Shown: positions 19,371-29,720 of the stretch, in pieces
How the letters are laid out: every line of letters starts with the position of its first letter
How positions within the stretch are numbered: the first letter of the stretch is position 1
Source: an uncultured Gammaproteobacteria bacterium
GTDB lineage: Bacteria; Patescibacteriota; Microgenomatia; UBA12405
Length of the DNA stretch: 64,000 nt
Reading direction: 5' to 3'
Assembly (NCBI GenBank): GCA_964538765.1
Contig: CAZIHS010000002.1
Coordinates: forward strand, 1,327 to 65,326
The notes under the pieces: model-generated
Told to the model about the DNA's origin: nothing
Database searches by the model: none
Seen by the model: only the letters and a program-made list of their open reading frames with translations
Program-made: the position numbers and the translations under genes

Positions 19371-20867
19371 CTATTCCGTGTACCCAAGAAGAGGATCGAG
19401 AAAATTTGCAGAATCATTGCAATATCCGTCTGGCACCACTCCTTCAAATTTTGGATAAATCAGCCCGAATCTTCCAAAACCAACCTCGGTTTCAGAGCTG
19501 ATTGTTGGGGGGATGGCTATATTATAAATCGGCACAAATTTACTGGGTTTAACCAAATTTATACCGTTGTACCAAAAAAGGTATCTAAACCCAACTCCGA
19601 CCCCCGGCCCGGCAATATAATTTACCGCCACGCATGGATAATTGTTCATATCAATATTAGTTTTTATAGTCTCAACCAATTTCCTTCTATAAAAATAAGA
19701 TTCACTGGAGTCAGATTTGGTCACCAGCCATAAACCGTTGAAGGTCAAATATAATATGGACATTAATATTAGCAAACGGTTTCCAAATTTGCTTATAGTT
19801 CCAACTAAAAAATACATAATAACCACCAGCGTATTGCTAAAATAGTATTCCGAAACTATCCTCTTTGAAAAAAATTGAGCCACCATAATCATTACCAGCC
19901 ACAGCCCAAACCACCAAGCGTAGCCTCGTTTACTGTAAGTAAATAAACCTACGATTACCATTAAAACTATTGCCATCCCAAAGATAAAATGGTCAATTTG
20001 ATCAAAGCCAAACAATAACCGGTGTTGCCACTCGTCTCCCGAAGCATCCAAAATTTTCTGAAGTTTTTGAAGACCTCCGGGGCCGCCCTGGTCAACCTGA
20101 CTGGCTGAAATAATTTGTCTGCTTTGGCTAAAACCGTGTTTTATTTCAAACAGCCAAAACGGACTGCTAACCGCCAAAAATAATATTATCGATAAGATGA
20201 AATATCTACAAATTATCTTGGTTATAAATTCCTTTAAAAAATTTTTAACCTCCAAGTAAAAGCTATTTTGCCCAACTCGAAACCTGGAGTATTCACCAAA
20301 AATGTATGCCAAAATCGGAATCGGAAGAATCGGCAACAAGGCAATGTGTATGTGCCAGGTGAAACCAATTAAAACACCATAGCCCAAAAGCCATCTGATA
20401 TCGCCTGCCGACAACCGGTATATAACGTATAATAACCAAACAGACCACAGGATGGTAGGCATGGTTGGTACCAGCCATCTGTCAAAGTAAACCGCTCCAA
20501 ACGAAAACGAATAAATAAAAGCCGCAATCAAACCCGCCCTAAACCCGGAAATCTTTGAAAACACATAGTAAATGCTGATAATCGTTAACCCGCCAAAAAT
20601 CAAACTTACCCCCATCATCGAGAGGGGATTCATCTTCCCAAGAAAATAAAATATCGATGTCAGATAGTACCAAAATGGGCCGATAAACACCCCCTCTACG
20701 CTTGTAATTTGTCCTGCCAGCCTTAGGTGGTGATTAACAAGAATATCCTTGGCAATCCATGAATATAAATCCTGATCGTGAGCGAAAGATAAACCTTTCT
20801 CAAAATTATATAACCTGAAAAGCAATCCCAAAAAAAGCAATGTCACCACAGCGAATCTAGCTTTCAC
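19371..20867 (-). CDS. GT-C fold glycosyltransferase, DQ class
   Basis: FRLY..AHDQDLY, FIGPFWYY; multi-TM. Confidence 0.8.
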   Translation of the reverse strand: MKARFAVVTLLFLGLLFRLYNFEKGLSFAHDQDLYSWIAKDILVNHHLRLAGQITSVEGVFIGPFWYYLTSIFYFLGKMNPLSMMGVSLIFGGLTIISIYYVFSKISGFRAGLIAAFIYSFSFGAVYFDRWLVPTMPTILWSVWLLYVIYRLSAGDIRWLLGYGVLIGFTWHIHIALLPILPIPILAYIFGEYSRFRVGQNSFYLEVKNFLKEFITKIICRYFILSIILFLAVSSPFWLFEIKHGFSQSRQIISASQVDQGGPGGLQKLQKILDASGDEWQHRLLFGFDQIDHFIFGMAIVLMVIVGLFTYSKRGYAWWFGLWLVMIMVAQFFSKRIVSEYYFSNTLVVIMYFLVGTISKFGNRLLILMSILYLTFNGLWLVTKSDSSESYFYRRKLVETIKTNIDMNNYPCVAVNYIAGPGVGVGFRYLFWYNGINLVKPSKFVPIYNIAIPPTISSETEVGFGRFGLIYPKFEGVVPDGYCNDSANFLDPLLGYTE

Positions 20868-20873
20868 AATTGG

Positions 20874-20890
20874 ATCATAACACGTATAAT
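20874..20890. promoter_or_regulatory. Back-to-back -10 boxes in a 32-bp divergent gap
   Basis: Minus TGTTATGAT (20882-20874) is 6 nt from GTG 20867; plus TATAAT (20885-20890) is 9 nt from ATG 20900. Confidence 0.6.
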
Positions 20891-20899
20891 CACTTATAA

Positions 20900-21685
20900 A
20901 TGAAACCCAAAATTTCGGTAATTATTCCCTGCTATAACGAAGAAAACAACATAAAGCAGGGAATCCTTGGTCAGGTATACCAGTTTTTATCAACCCAAAC
21001 ATTTGATTGGGAAGTCTTGATATGCAATGACGATTCAACCGATAACAGCCCAAAATTAATAAAGGAGCAAATTTCACATTTTCCCGGTTTTCGCCTGATT
21101 AATCTTCCCCACGGAGGTAAACCTTCCGCTCTTTTTGGTGGAATTCAACAGGCCAAGTATCCCTGGGTTCTCCTGACCGATATGGATCAGTCAACTCCTA
21201 TCAAAGAAATCCATAAGTTATTGCCATATCTCGACTCTCATGACATAGTTATCGGTTCCAGAGGTAATCTTCGCCAGGGCCACAGTATAATCCGAAAAAT
21301 AGGTTCTTATGTATTTACCAATATCCGAATGTTGATAATGCTTCACCATATTGTTGACACACAGTGTGGTTTTAAGGCTGTCAAAACCACGGTTGCCAAA
21401 AAAATCTTTCCTCTTTTGGCTGCGGTCAAAACAGCCAGTCAAACAGTTGGTTGGAGGGTTTCATCATATGATGTCGAGATGTTATACATCGCCGACAAAT
21501 GGAAGCTCAAAATTAAAGAGGTTTTGGTCAATTGGAAAAATGAGGATTTATCAACCACAAAAGGGGATTTCATTACCCGTTATCGGAAGGAATCCGTACA
21601 AATGGCCAAAGAGGTTGTTCGCGTCAAATTTAGCGACCTTAGGGGATTATACCCTGACAAATTTGCATCCGATGACTCTTCCTAA
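20900..21685 (+). CDS. GT2, dolichyl/polyprenyl-phosphate glycosyl synthase-like (ALG5/DPG type)
   Basis: SVIIPCYNEE, NDDSTD, GGKP, DMDQSTP, VIGSR, DTQCGFKA, YDVE. Confidence 0.88.
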   Translation: MKPKISVIIPCYNEENNIKQGILGQVYQFLSTQTFDWEVLICNDDSTDNSPKLIKEQISHFPGFRLINLPHGGKPSALFGGIQQAKYPWVLLTDMDQSTPIKEIHKLLPYLDSHDIVIGSRGNLRQGHSIIRKIGSYVFTNIRMLIMLHHIVDTQCGFKAVKTTVAKKIFPLLAAVKTASQTVGWRVSSYDVEMLYIADKWKLKIKEVLVNWKNEDLSTTKGDFITRYRKESVQMAKEVVRVKFSDLRGLYPDKFASDDSS

Positions 21686-23222
21686 TATCAAAGCCACTCT
21701 TCCTCTCGTCGCTTTCTTGTTTGTGGACATATTATATTTGGCTACCCGCGTATTATCTCTCGATGTTTTTCCCATATTTGGCGACGAGGCCATTTATGTC
21801 CGCTGGTCCCAGATAATAAAATCTGTCGAGACATTGCGCTTTATCCCTCTCACCGATGGAAAACAACCGCTATTTATGTGGGTCACCGTGCTTTTCTTCA
21901 AGCTAACGCCCGACCCCCTTGTCGCCGGCCGGCTGGTATCAGTAATTGCCGGTTTAGGAAACATATTCTGCCTTTGTTTAATTGTAAACTTAATTAACCC
22001 TAAAAATCTAAAAAATATTCCAAATAATCCACTAAAACTTGTTGTCATGTGCCAAAGCCGCTTCAGTCCTGCTGCTCTAATTGTCTCAGCTTTTTATCTT
22101 CTATCACCCTACACTCTCTTTTTTGACCGCCTGGCGTTAGCCGATAACCTTCTTACCTTTTGGGGGCTTCTTTCGTTTGTTCTGGCCGTTCTTCTTTCAC
22201 TATATCCACGATTTGATTTGTCAATTCTTCTCGGCGTAGTCCTAGGTCTTGCCTATCTTACCAAGTCACCGGCCCTATTTTTTGTGATTCTCTCATTTAT
22301 TACCTATATTTTTTTAAACCGGCCCACCTTAAAAAATTACATATATCCCTTAATTTCCGTTTCAATCGCCTACTCAATATACAACCTCCTGCGGCTCGGG
22401 CCCCAATTTCACCAAATTGCGATTCGTAACCGTGACTATATTTGGCCTTTTTCAAGTATTGTTAAACACCCTCTAGATCCATTATTTCCCCATCTGACCG
22501 ATGCAGTTTCGCTCTACCGTTCATATCTTGGTCTCCCTGTTTTGGTCACATTTATTGTTTTTCTTATATTAACTATTCGCCGGTCTCTTGCTTCAAGGCT
22601 ATATGTTCCACTGATACTTTGGTGGGGTTTCCCATTATTTGTTAATCTTGCCTTTAGCCGTGTTTTCACCGCCCGTTACATTTTATACGCCACACCCTAC
22701 TTATTCATTCTTCTGGCTTTGATGACCCAACGCCTCGCCCTTAATCTTAAGTCAAACATTATCTACCTCGTCCCGGTTATTTCGCTTATTTACACCTTTC
22801 CATTATTTTTCCAGATCCTCACCAAACCACTTTTGGCTATTTCCCGTTTACCCGGAAACGAAAGTGGCTATCTTACCGATTGGACCTCGGGCTGGGGAGT
22901 TAAACCAGTCGCCCAGTATTTAATTAACCGTGCTAAAACATATAATGTTATTGTCGGAACCGAGGGTTATTTCGGCACTCTACCCGATGGCCTTCAAGTA
23001 TATACCAATAACGTTCCAAAACTGACGGTTTTTGGTGTTGGCCTGGAAATTGAAACTGTTCCAGATAAGCTGGTTGACGCCCGAAATCATGAAGACGACG
23101 TATACCTCCTCATAAACCGCTCACGTCACCACCTCAAGCCCAGTGCCATTTCTCTCCTCGATCTTGTCTACTCGTATCCCAAGCCAAACAATGACAGCTT
23201 AGACCTTTATCGGCTACGATGA
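21672..23222 (+). CDS. GT-C fold glycosyltransferase, DE class
   Basis: TR..FPIFGDEAIY, DGKQPLF, AGRLVS, FDRLALAD. ATG at 21672. Confidence 0.82.
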   Translation: MTLPNIKATLPLVAFLFVDILYLATRVLSLDVFPIFGDEAIYVRWSQIIKSVETLRFIPLTDGKQPLFMWVTVLFFKLTPDPLVAGRLVSVIAGLGNIFCLCLIVNLINPKNLKNIPNNPLKLVVMCQSRFSPAALIVSAFYLLSPYTLFFDRLALADNLLTFWGLLSFVLAVLLSLYPRFDLSILLGVVLGLAYLTKSPALFFVILSFITYIFLNRPTLKNYIYPLISVSIAYSIYNLLRLGPQFHQIAIRNRDYIWPFSSIVKHPLDPLFPHLTDAVSLYRSYLGLPVLVTFIVFLILTIRRSLASRLYVPLILWWGFPLFVNLAFSRVFTARYILYATPYLFILLALMTQRLALNLKSNIIYLVPVISLIYTFPLFFQILTKPLLAISRLPGNESGYLTDWTSGWGVKPVAQYLINRAKTYNVIVGTEGYFGTLPDGLQVYTNNVPKLTVFGVGLEIETVPDKLVDARNHEDDVYLLINRSRHHLKPSAISLLDLVYSYPKPNNDSLDLYRLR

Positions 23223-24976
23223 AAATAGCTCAAGCAATAACCCGAAGTTTAATAAAACACCGGGTTTTGATGATATATTTAATCCTTTTTCTTGTCACCC
23301 TTCCCGCCTTTTTCTTTCTATTAAAACCTGGGGAGTATTGGAATATGCACGATGATATGCAGTTAATCCGTCAACTGGAAATGGAAAAGTGTTTTCAGGA
23401 CGGTCAGTTTCCGTGTCGCTGGTCTCCTGACCTTGGGTATGGATACGGCTATCCTCTATTCAATTTTTACCCACCCCTTCCATACTATGTCGGGCAGGTT
23501 TTTAGGCTATCCGGCCAAAGCTTTGTCACCACCGTCAAATTAACCGCCATTGCTCAAATTATTCTATCGTCGCTGGTGATGTTTGTCTTAATTACGGCGA
23601 TTTTTGGCTCCACCGCCGGCCTAATCGCTTCAGTTTTCTACACCTACGCTCCCTACCATTTAGTAAACATCTACGTCCGGGGGGCCATGAACGAAGCCTG
23701 GGCAGGAGTATTTTTTCCATTAATATTCCTTTTTATCCACCGTCTTGTAACCTCGCCAAAACTGTCCAACTCACTTTTGCTCGCCCTCTCTTTTTCACTC
23801 CTTTTACAATCCCACAATCCTATGGCTCTGATTTTTCTACCGCCAGCTTTTGCCTGGTTTCTTCTCTGTCTTTTTCTCTCCCATTCCCGCCCAAAAAACG
23901 ATTTACGAAATACGGTATTTCATTTCCTTTTTGCCCTGGTTTTTTCCCTGTCGCTTTCAGCCTATTTTACTTTGCCGGTGATCATTGAAAGTTCTTTGGT
24001 TCAAATTGAGTCAATGTTTCAAAACTATTATCATTTCACAGTTCATTTTGTCAGTATTTACCAGCTATTTTTTAGCAGTTTTTGGGGTGACGGACCTTCG
24101 GTTTGGGGACCAAACGATGGCATGTCTTTTTCTCTGGGATATCTTCACTGGATATTACCAATAATAATATTATTATTATCAGTTTATGTTTTACTTAAAA
24201 AAAAGCGATACCAAAAACAGTTTGTAATTTTTACGTTTTTCCTTGTCATGGGCGCCGTCAGTACGTTTCTTACCCACCAGCGTTCTGTTTTTATTTGGCA
24301 ACTGATTACTCCTCTTCAAAAAATACAATTTCCATGGCGCTTTTTGTCTCTTTCTGCATTTTTTCTTTCACTTTCCACCGGCTATCTCTCTGTTCTTCTT
24401 AAACAAAATTCACTACTAAACAAATATAGGTTATTCATTGTTGCCCTGATCCTTGTCATTCTTATTTTCATTAGCCTTCCCCACCTTACCCCGGTTACAC
24501 ATGGTCCGATCACCGACCGTCAAAAATTTTCTGGAATAGCCTGGACAAACCAAATCACCAGCGGTATCTATGACTATCTTCCAAAAACTGCCTCTAAAGC
24601 CGCCTCTTCACCGCCCTCTGGCCTTGTTGAAAATATTGATCCTGGCCAACAAAATTATTTAGTCGAAAATATAACCCGAGGTACCGATTGGATAAGTTTT
24701 AATATCTATTTACCCCAAAGCGGTCGAGTTACCCTGGCTCAGCTTTATTTCCCAGGTTTTAAGGCATATGTCAACGGCAAGCCGGAAAAAATTCAAAGCG
24801 AACCTTTGCTTGGTCGGATGGTTTTGGACCTGCCGGGAGGCTCAAATCAGGTGTTTATTCGTCTATTCAACACTCCAATTCGTACTATATCAAATCTAAT
24901 TTCACTGATATCATGGACAGCTCTTATCATTTATTTTTTATTTCGTTTATGGATGCGGCTTTATCACAGGAACTAA
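23219..24976 (+). CDS. GT-C fold membrane protein, YfhO/'PTPS-related' class
   Basis: MHDD, RWSPDLGYGYGYPLFNFYPP, APYH..YVRGA..E, QFPWRFL, YFPGFKAYVNG. Confidence 0.8.
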   Translation: MKIAQAITRSLIKHRVLMIYLILFLVTLPAFFFLLKPGEYWNMHDDMQLIRQLEMEKCFQDGQFPCRWSPDLGYGYGYPLFNFYPPLPYYVGQVFRLSGQSFVTTVKLTAIAQIILSSLVMFVLITAIFGSTAGLIASVFYTYAPYHLVNIYVRGAMNEAWAGVFFPLIFLFIHRLVTSPKLSNSLLLALSFSLLLQSHNPMALIFLPPAFAWFLLCLFLSHSRPKNDLRNTVFHFLFALVFSLSLSAYFTLPVIIESSLVQIESMFQNYYHFTVHFVSIYQLFFSSFWGDGPSVWGPNDGMSFSLGYLHWILPIIILLLSVYVLLKKKRYQKQFVIFTFFLVMGAVSTFLTHQRSVFIWQLITPLQKIQFPWRFLSLSAFFLSLSTGYLSVLLKQNSLLNKYRLFIVALILVILIFISLPHLTPVTHGPITDRQKFSGIAWTNQITSGIYDYLPKTASKAASSPPSGLVENIDPGQQNYLVENITRGTDWISFNIYLPQSGRVTLAQLYFPGFKAYVNGKPEKIQSEPLLGRMVLDLPGGSNQVFIRLFNTPIRTISNLISLISWTALIIYFLFRLWMRLYHRN

Positions 24977-26406
24977 AAGACACAACCACCAAAAACATTT
25001 TTTTACTCACTTTTCGTAATTTTGGTATTCAAGCCATTTCTACGATCGGATTTTTTATTCTTACCATTATTCTTGGGCCGGCCGAAGTCGGACTTTTCGC
25101 CGTAGTTGCCGAGGCTGTCGGAATACTGGGCTATTTCTCTGATTTAGGTTTAGCCTCGGCTCTGATTCAACAAAAGGAAGAGGTTAAGAAAGAAGAGCTG
25201 CAGACAACTTTTATTATTCAGCAGATATTGGTGGCGGTTGGGATTATTCTTGCATTCTTTCTCTATCGGCGCTATTCAACCTCTAAAGGTTATGGTTATA
25301 AAGAGGAGTGGATATTTTACTCGCTTTGTTTCGCGTTTTTTGCCGCTTCTCTCAAAACAATTCCTTCTGTACTTCTTGAAAGAAAACTAAACTTTAAAGT
25401 AATTTCCTCAGTTGACATTGCTGAAAACGTTGTTTTCTACCTGGTCGCTGTCATTTTTGCCCTCCTTGGTTTCGGCGCTATTTCTTACGCCTTCGCCTCT
25501 TTTTTAAGAAGTTTTCTCGGTTTAATAATGATTTATCGGCTTCAGCCGTGGCCTTTTGGAATATCCTTTGACCCAAAAAGCGCCAAAAAACTTTTTCGTT
25601 TTGGAATTCCTTTCCAGCTTAACTCATTTATCGCTGTTGCCAAAGACCGGCTTTCCAACCTTCTTGTTGCCGCTATTTTGGGTCGCGAGTCTTTTGGGCT
25701 ATTATCATGGGCTCAAAAGGGTCCCCGGGTGCCTCTTAGTTTTATGGACGCGGTTATGAGAGTAACCTTCCCCACCTTTTCACGCATTCAAAATCAAACC
25801 GACCTTCTCAAAAGATCCCTTCAAAAAAGTCTATTTTATATATCGTTTTTTATATTTCCTTCACTGGTAATGGTTTGCTTCATTGCTCCCGATATAATCC
25901 AGATAATTCCAAAATACAATAAATGGTTTGCCGCTATTGTTCCAGTCTATTTCTATTCTATGAGTTATGCTATCGCCGCCGTCACCACCCCCATCACTAA
26001 TGCTTTTAACGCTGTCGGCAAAATTACCCTCACCACCAGGTTTATGATTATGTGGACAATTTTAACCTGGCTTTTATACCCTTGGTTAAGTTACAGGTTT
26101 TCATATATTGGCACCTCCATGGCCGTCTTAATCGTTGGCTGCAGTTCGTTTTTCGTTTGGCTCTCGGCCTATAAAGAGTTCAATGTCAACGTTTTAAAAT
26201 CGATCCTTCACCCAACAATAGGTTCGTTTATTATGTTATTGTCACTAATTTTAATCAGTTTTAGTGTAGATAATAACTATTTGGCCCTGGTTCTAAAACT
26301 AATTACTGGAACTTCGGCTTATTTGTTGTACCAGTTAACTTTTTCCCGGCGACAAATCACTTGGTTTATAAACCAAATACCATGGCTAAATTTTATAAAA
26401 CGTTAA
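24949..26406 (+). CDS. wzx: Wzx/MOP-family oligosaccharide flippase
   Basis: About 12-14 TM; LGPAEVGLFA, DLGLASALIQ, LERKLNF, FRFGIPFQ, FPTFSRIQ. ATG at 24949. Confidence 0.88.
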   Translation: MDAALSQELKDTTTKNIFLLTFRNFGIQAISTIGFFILTIILGPAEVGLFAVVAEAVGILGYFSDLGLASALIQQKEEVKKEELQTTFIIQQILVAVGIILAFFLYRRYSTSKGYGYKEEWIFYSLCFAFFAASLKTIPSVLLERKLNFKVISSVDIAENVVFYLVAVIFALLGFGAISYAFASFLRSFLGLIMIYRLQPWPFGISFDPKSAKKLFRFGIPFQLNSFIAVAKDRLSNLLVAAILGRESFGLLSWAQKGPRVPLSFMDAVMRVTFPTFSRIQNQTDLLKRSLQKSLFYISFFIFPSLVMVCFIAPDIIQIIPKYNKWFAAIVPVYFYSMSYAIAAVTTPITNAFNAVGKITLTTRFMIMWTILTWLLYPWLSYRFSYIGTSMAVLIVGCSSFFVWLSAYKEFNVNVLKSILHPTIGSFIMLLSLILISFSVDNNYLALVLKLITGTSAYLLYQLTFSRRQITWFINQIPWLNFIKR

Positions 26407-28058
26407 CCATATTATTACTGGCTGTTTTTGTTATATTCCAGGCATTGCCGCTTATTAGAAGTGGCCTAAGCTACGATTTTGGTATTGGCTACTGGGGCCC
26501 AAATGGTCACGACGCCATCTGGCATCTTGCCCTAATAAAACAGATCAATAACCCTTTTAATATCAGCCACCCTGCCATCTCGGGGCAAAAACTGACCAAC
26601 TATCATCCGGCTTTTGATGTTCTGGTAGCCTTCGTTTCCAAAACAACCGGCCTTTCTGTTGAATTTCTCTATTTCCAAATTTTCCCACTAATTTCTTCAA
26701 CCCTGTTAGTTATTCTTTCCTATAAACTTGGACTAATTTTATATCAAAAACAATTTTGGGCCGTTTTTCTAGCATTTTTAGTTTCATTTTCAGGCTCATT
26801 CGGCTGGATAATAACCTTTATCAGAAACGGTCAATTTGGTGGCGAGTCAATATTTTGGTCGATGCAATCGGCCTCTAATCAACTAAACCCGCCATTCTCT
26901 TGGTCTCTTATTCTTATTCTGGTCGGTTTGATAATCATAAGTACGCTAAGAACGGCAAATAGCCGGTACTCTTATTTGTATCTTGGCCTGATTACTCTTG
27001 TTATTCCACTTGTCAAAACATATGCCGGATTGCTCTGGTATCCCTTATTATTGTTGTTCTCTATATCGCTCCACCAATCTAAAATATTTAAAGTTCTGCT
27101 GGTTTATGGGCTGATAGGTATTTATACTTTCATCCTGTTTAATCCTTCCCCAAAAAAACTTCTCTCTTTTTCCCCCTTTTGGTTTTCTCATTCAATGATT
27201 GAGTCACCCGACCGGCTTTATTGGCCCAAAATAGCTTCATTACGATACAACCTGGCTCTTAAGCCCAATTTTGACAAACGTCTTGTTCTCATCGAGTTGG
27301 CTCTGGTAGTTGTTTTTTTTATCGGCAATTTTGGTTTCAGGACACTCGGACTTTTATCAATTAAAAGACTGATAAACGACACCTTCTATCTGCCGATACT
27401 TATCGTTTCATTTTTAGCCTTTCTTATTCCGCTTATTTTTATTCAAAAAGGAACCGCCTGGAACACCATTCAGTTCCTGTATTACTCAGTGTTTCTGTTT
27501 AACCTATTTTTAACAAAACACCTTTCGTCAATAAAATCAAAAAATATGGCGTTATTCCTTGCCTTCCTAATTTCTATCCTGTCCATACTTGGAAACCTAA
27601 CCAATTATCAAAATTATTTCGGCTATCCACCTCCTTCAGCTGTTTTGAAAGAGGAAATTTCCGGCCTTAAATTTTTGAAAAATCAACCCGCGGGAGTTGT
27701 TCTGTCGTATCCCTACGATCCCTATCTTAAAAAGTCATTTACCCGCACCCCCATTCCTCTTTATGCCTACGAAACCACTGCCTATCTTTCAGCATTTACA
27801 GGAAAGATTTCATATCTTGCCGACGAAATGAATCTTGATATTTCAGGCTATGACTGGCAGTCTAGACGTCAACAGTCATTAATATTTTTTAATCAACAAA
27901 ACCCTATCGAAAATCGCGGCTTTCTCGTAAATAATCAAATAGACTATATTTATCTTGCTGGAAATCAGGTTGAATTTAACCCGACAAACCTTAAATATTT
28001 GTCCCTGGCCAAAATTTATGATAACGGCTATTCCATAATTTATAAAGTAAACCGCTAA
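26382..28058 (+). CDS. Multi-TM probable GT-C protein (HD class)
   Basis: WGPNGHDAIWHLALI, P..SG.KL.NYH; C-terminal soluble domain ending FL..NQIDYIY. Confidence 0.65.
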   Translation: MAKFYKTLTILLLAVFVIFQALPLIRSGLSYDFGIGYWGPNGHDAIWHLALIKQINNPFNISHPAISGQKLTNYHPAFDVLVAFVSKTTGLSVEFLYFQIFPLISSTLLVILSYKLGLILYQKQFWAVFLAFLVSFSGSFGWIITFIRNGQFGGESIFWSMQSASNQLNPPFSWSLILILVGLIIISTLRTANSRYSYLYLGLITLVIPLVKTYAGLLWYPLLLLFSISLHQSKIFKVLLVYGLIGIYTFILFNPSPKKLLSFSPFWFSHSMIESPDRLYWPKIASLRYNLALKPNFDKRLVLIELALVVVFFIGNFGFRTLGLLSIKRLINDTFYLPILIVSFLAFLIPLIFIQKGTAWNTIQFLYYSVFLFNLFLTKHLSSIKSKNMALFLAFLISILSILGNLTNYQNYFGYPPPSAVLKEEISGLKFLKNQPAGVVLSYPYDPYLKKSFTRTPIPLYAYETTAYLSAFTGKISYLADEMNLDISGYDWQSRRQQSLIFFNQQNPIENRGFLVNNQIDYIYLAGNQVEFNPTNLKYLSLAKIYDNGYSIIYKVNR

Positions 28059-28088
28059 CCGCCCAAATTCAGTACCATATAACCAAAT

Positions 28089-29528
28089 ATGGCTATTTTT
28101 TCAAGCCAAACAGCTAGATACATTTCTATCATTGTATTTTCTCTTCTGACAATTACATTTTTTTCTTACCGGCTTCTTAATGTTCCTATGGGATTAACTG
28201 TCGACGAAACCGCCTTTGGATACAACGCTGCTCTTCTAGCTCACTCGGGTTTCGACGAAAATGGTCGCTTTATGCCTCTTTTTGTGTTGTCAGTTAATGG
28301 CCAGGATTGGCGCCAGCCAATTACCCAATATTATCTGGCCCTTCTGTTTAAAATCTTTGGCCCTTCAGTCTATCTTCTTCGTTTTAGCTCAGTCCTAATA
28401 ACCCTTCTATCGTCAATTTTTCTTTATTACTTTGCCAAAAAAATCAGCGGGCTATTATTTGCCTTGATTACGGCAATTGTTTATATTACCACCCCTCTTA
28501 TTATGATCCAAAGCCACTTGGGTCTGGACAACATCATGCCGATTCCCTTCACCATGTTTTGGCTTTTTGGTCTTTATCAATATGGTCAGACCAAGAAAAT
28601 TAAATATGTTATTTTTTCGGCCGTATCTTTAGGCGTCTCCTTCTATTCATATAAGGGCATGAGGGCAGTTGTGCCTGTTTGGTCTGCCCTCTCTGTGCTC
28701 TACCTGCTGACATCAAGAATTAATCCACTCAAATCAATTATTCTATTTGCTTTATCAATTTCTCCATTTCTTCTGGCCGTTCCTTATCTTCATCATCTGT
28801 ATCCTGGCGCCATCCTTGGTGGGGCCAGGCCAAAATTTGCATCGGTATACGACTTTTTCCTTCCTTACTTATCAAGTTTTGACCCGACTTTTCTATATAT
28901 TAAAGGCGACGACACTCCCTACCACTCAACCGGCCGTCACGGCATGATGCTTCTTTCTACACTACCCATATTTGTCATTGGAATAATTTCCTCTATAAAT
29001 TCAAAGAAGCCATTTCAAAGGTTTATCCTTCTGTCATTTTTTTCTGCACCGCTTTTGTATGGTCTTGTTGATTCGGTCCACCGGGCCAGCCGTTTAATGT
29101 GTCTCATTCCAGCCTACTCTCTTATTTGCGCTTTTGGAATAACTTACATCCTCAAAAATAAATCAAAATTCAACCTTCCTGTAATAATTATACTTTCTGT
29201 CATCGCAGTTTGTAATTATGGCGACTTTCTTAACTATTATTGGAATGACTATGCTAAATATACCCAAAATTTTCTAGGCGACCTTAGGCCCTATTTATCA
29301 TATAAACAGCTAAGAATTAAATCAGAGACCCTAGGGTTGAATCCCTACATCGACAGCAACATAAACAACCATTTTTTTGAGTCGATATATTTCCCAAACG
29401 GGTTAAATAAAATTCAGGGAGACCAAGTTCCTCCGTCAGGGTCCATACTGATGACAAATCGGGATAACATTCCGGGCATGCAAAAAACAGTTGACAAGCT
29501 CCTCCATTATTATTTCCAAACCAATTAA
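28089..29528 (+). CDS. GT-C fold glycosyltransferase, DE class
   Basis: VDETAFGYNA, GFDENGRFMPLF, LRFSS, FLYIKGD...HS. Confidence 0.82.
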   Translation: MAIFSSQTARYISIIVFSLLTITFFSYRLLNVPMGLTVDETAFGYNAALLAHSGFDENGRFMPLFVLSVNGQDWRQPITQYYLALLFKIFGPSVYLLRFSSVLITLLSSIFLYYFAKKISGLLFALITAIVYITTPLIMIQSHLGLDNIMPIPFTMFWLFGLYQYGQTKKIKYVIFSAVSLGVSFYSYKGMRAVVPVWSALSVLYLLTSRINPLKSIILFALSISPFLLAVPYLHHLYPGAILGGARPKFASVYDFFLPYLSSFDPTFLYIKGDDTPYHSTGRHGMMLLSTLPIFVIGIISSINSKKPFQRFILLSFFSAPLLYGLVDSVHRASRLMCLIPAYSLICAFGITYILKNKSKFNLPVIIILSVIAVCNYGDFLNYYWNDYAKYTQNFLGDLRPYLSYKQLRIKSETLGLNPYIDSNINNHFFESIYFPNGLNKIQGDQVPPSGSILMTNRDNIPGMQKTVDKLLHYYFQTN

Positions 29529-29701
29529 ACAACATTTTCCGACCCCGTCGTTTCAAGTATTGAAGCTGAAAGTCACAAACCGGCTAAATCCAAAATTAAT
29601 CTAAGTTATCATCACCATCATATAAAAAATATCGAAATCAAAAACATTTTCTGGTAAATTACCATAAAACTTACCAGCTGATGCGACAATGAGTCAACAG
29701 G

Positions 29702-29710
29702 TGATAAACT
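29702..29710 (+). promoter_or_regulatory. Extended -10 TGnTAAACT
   Basis: Ends 10 nt before ATG 29721. Confidence 0.45.
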
Positions 29711-29720
29711 TAACCAGCTT

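Noticed and set aside
29529-29657. 42 sense codons in frame after the TAA of 28089-29528, including HHHH (possible read-through)
   Set aside because: No start codon or recognisable domain, the upstream protein looks complete, and this length can arise by chance.
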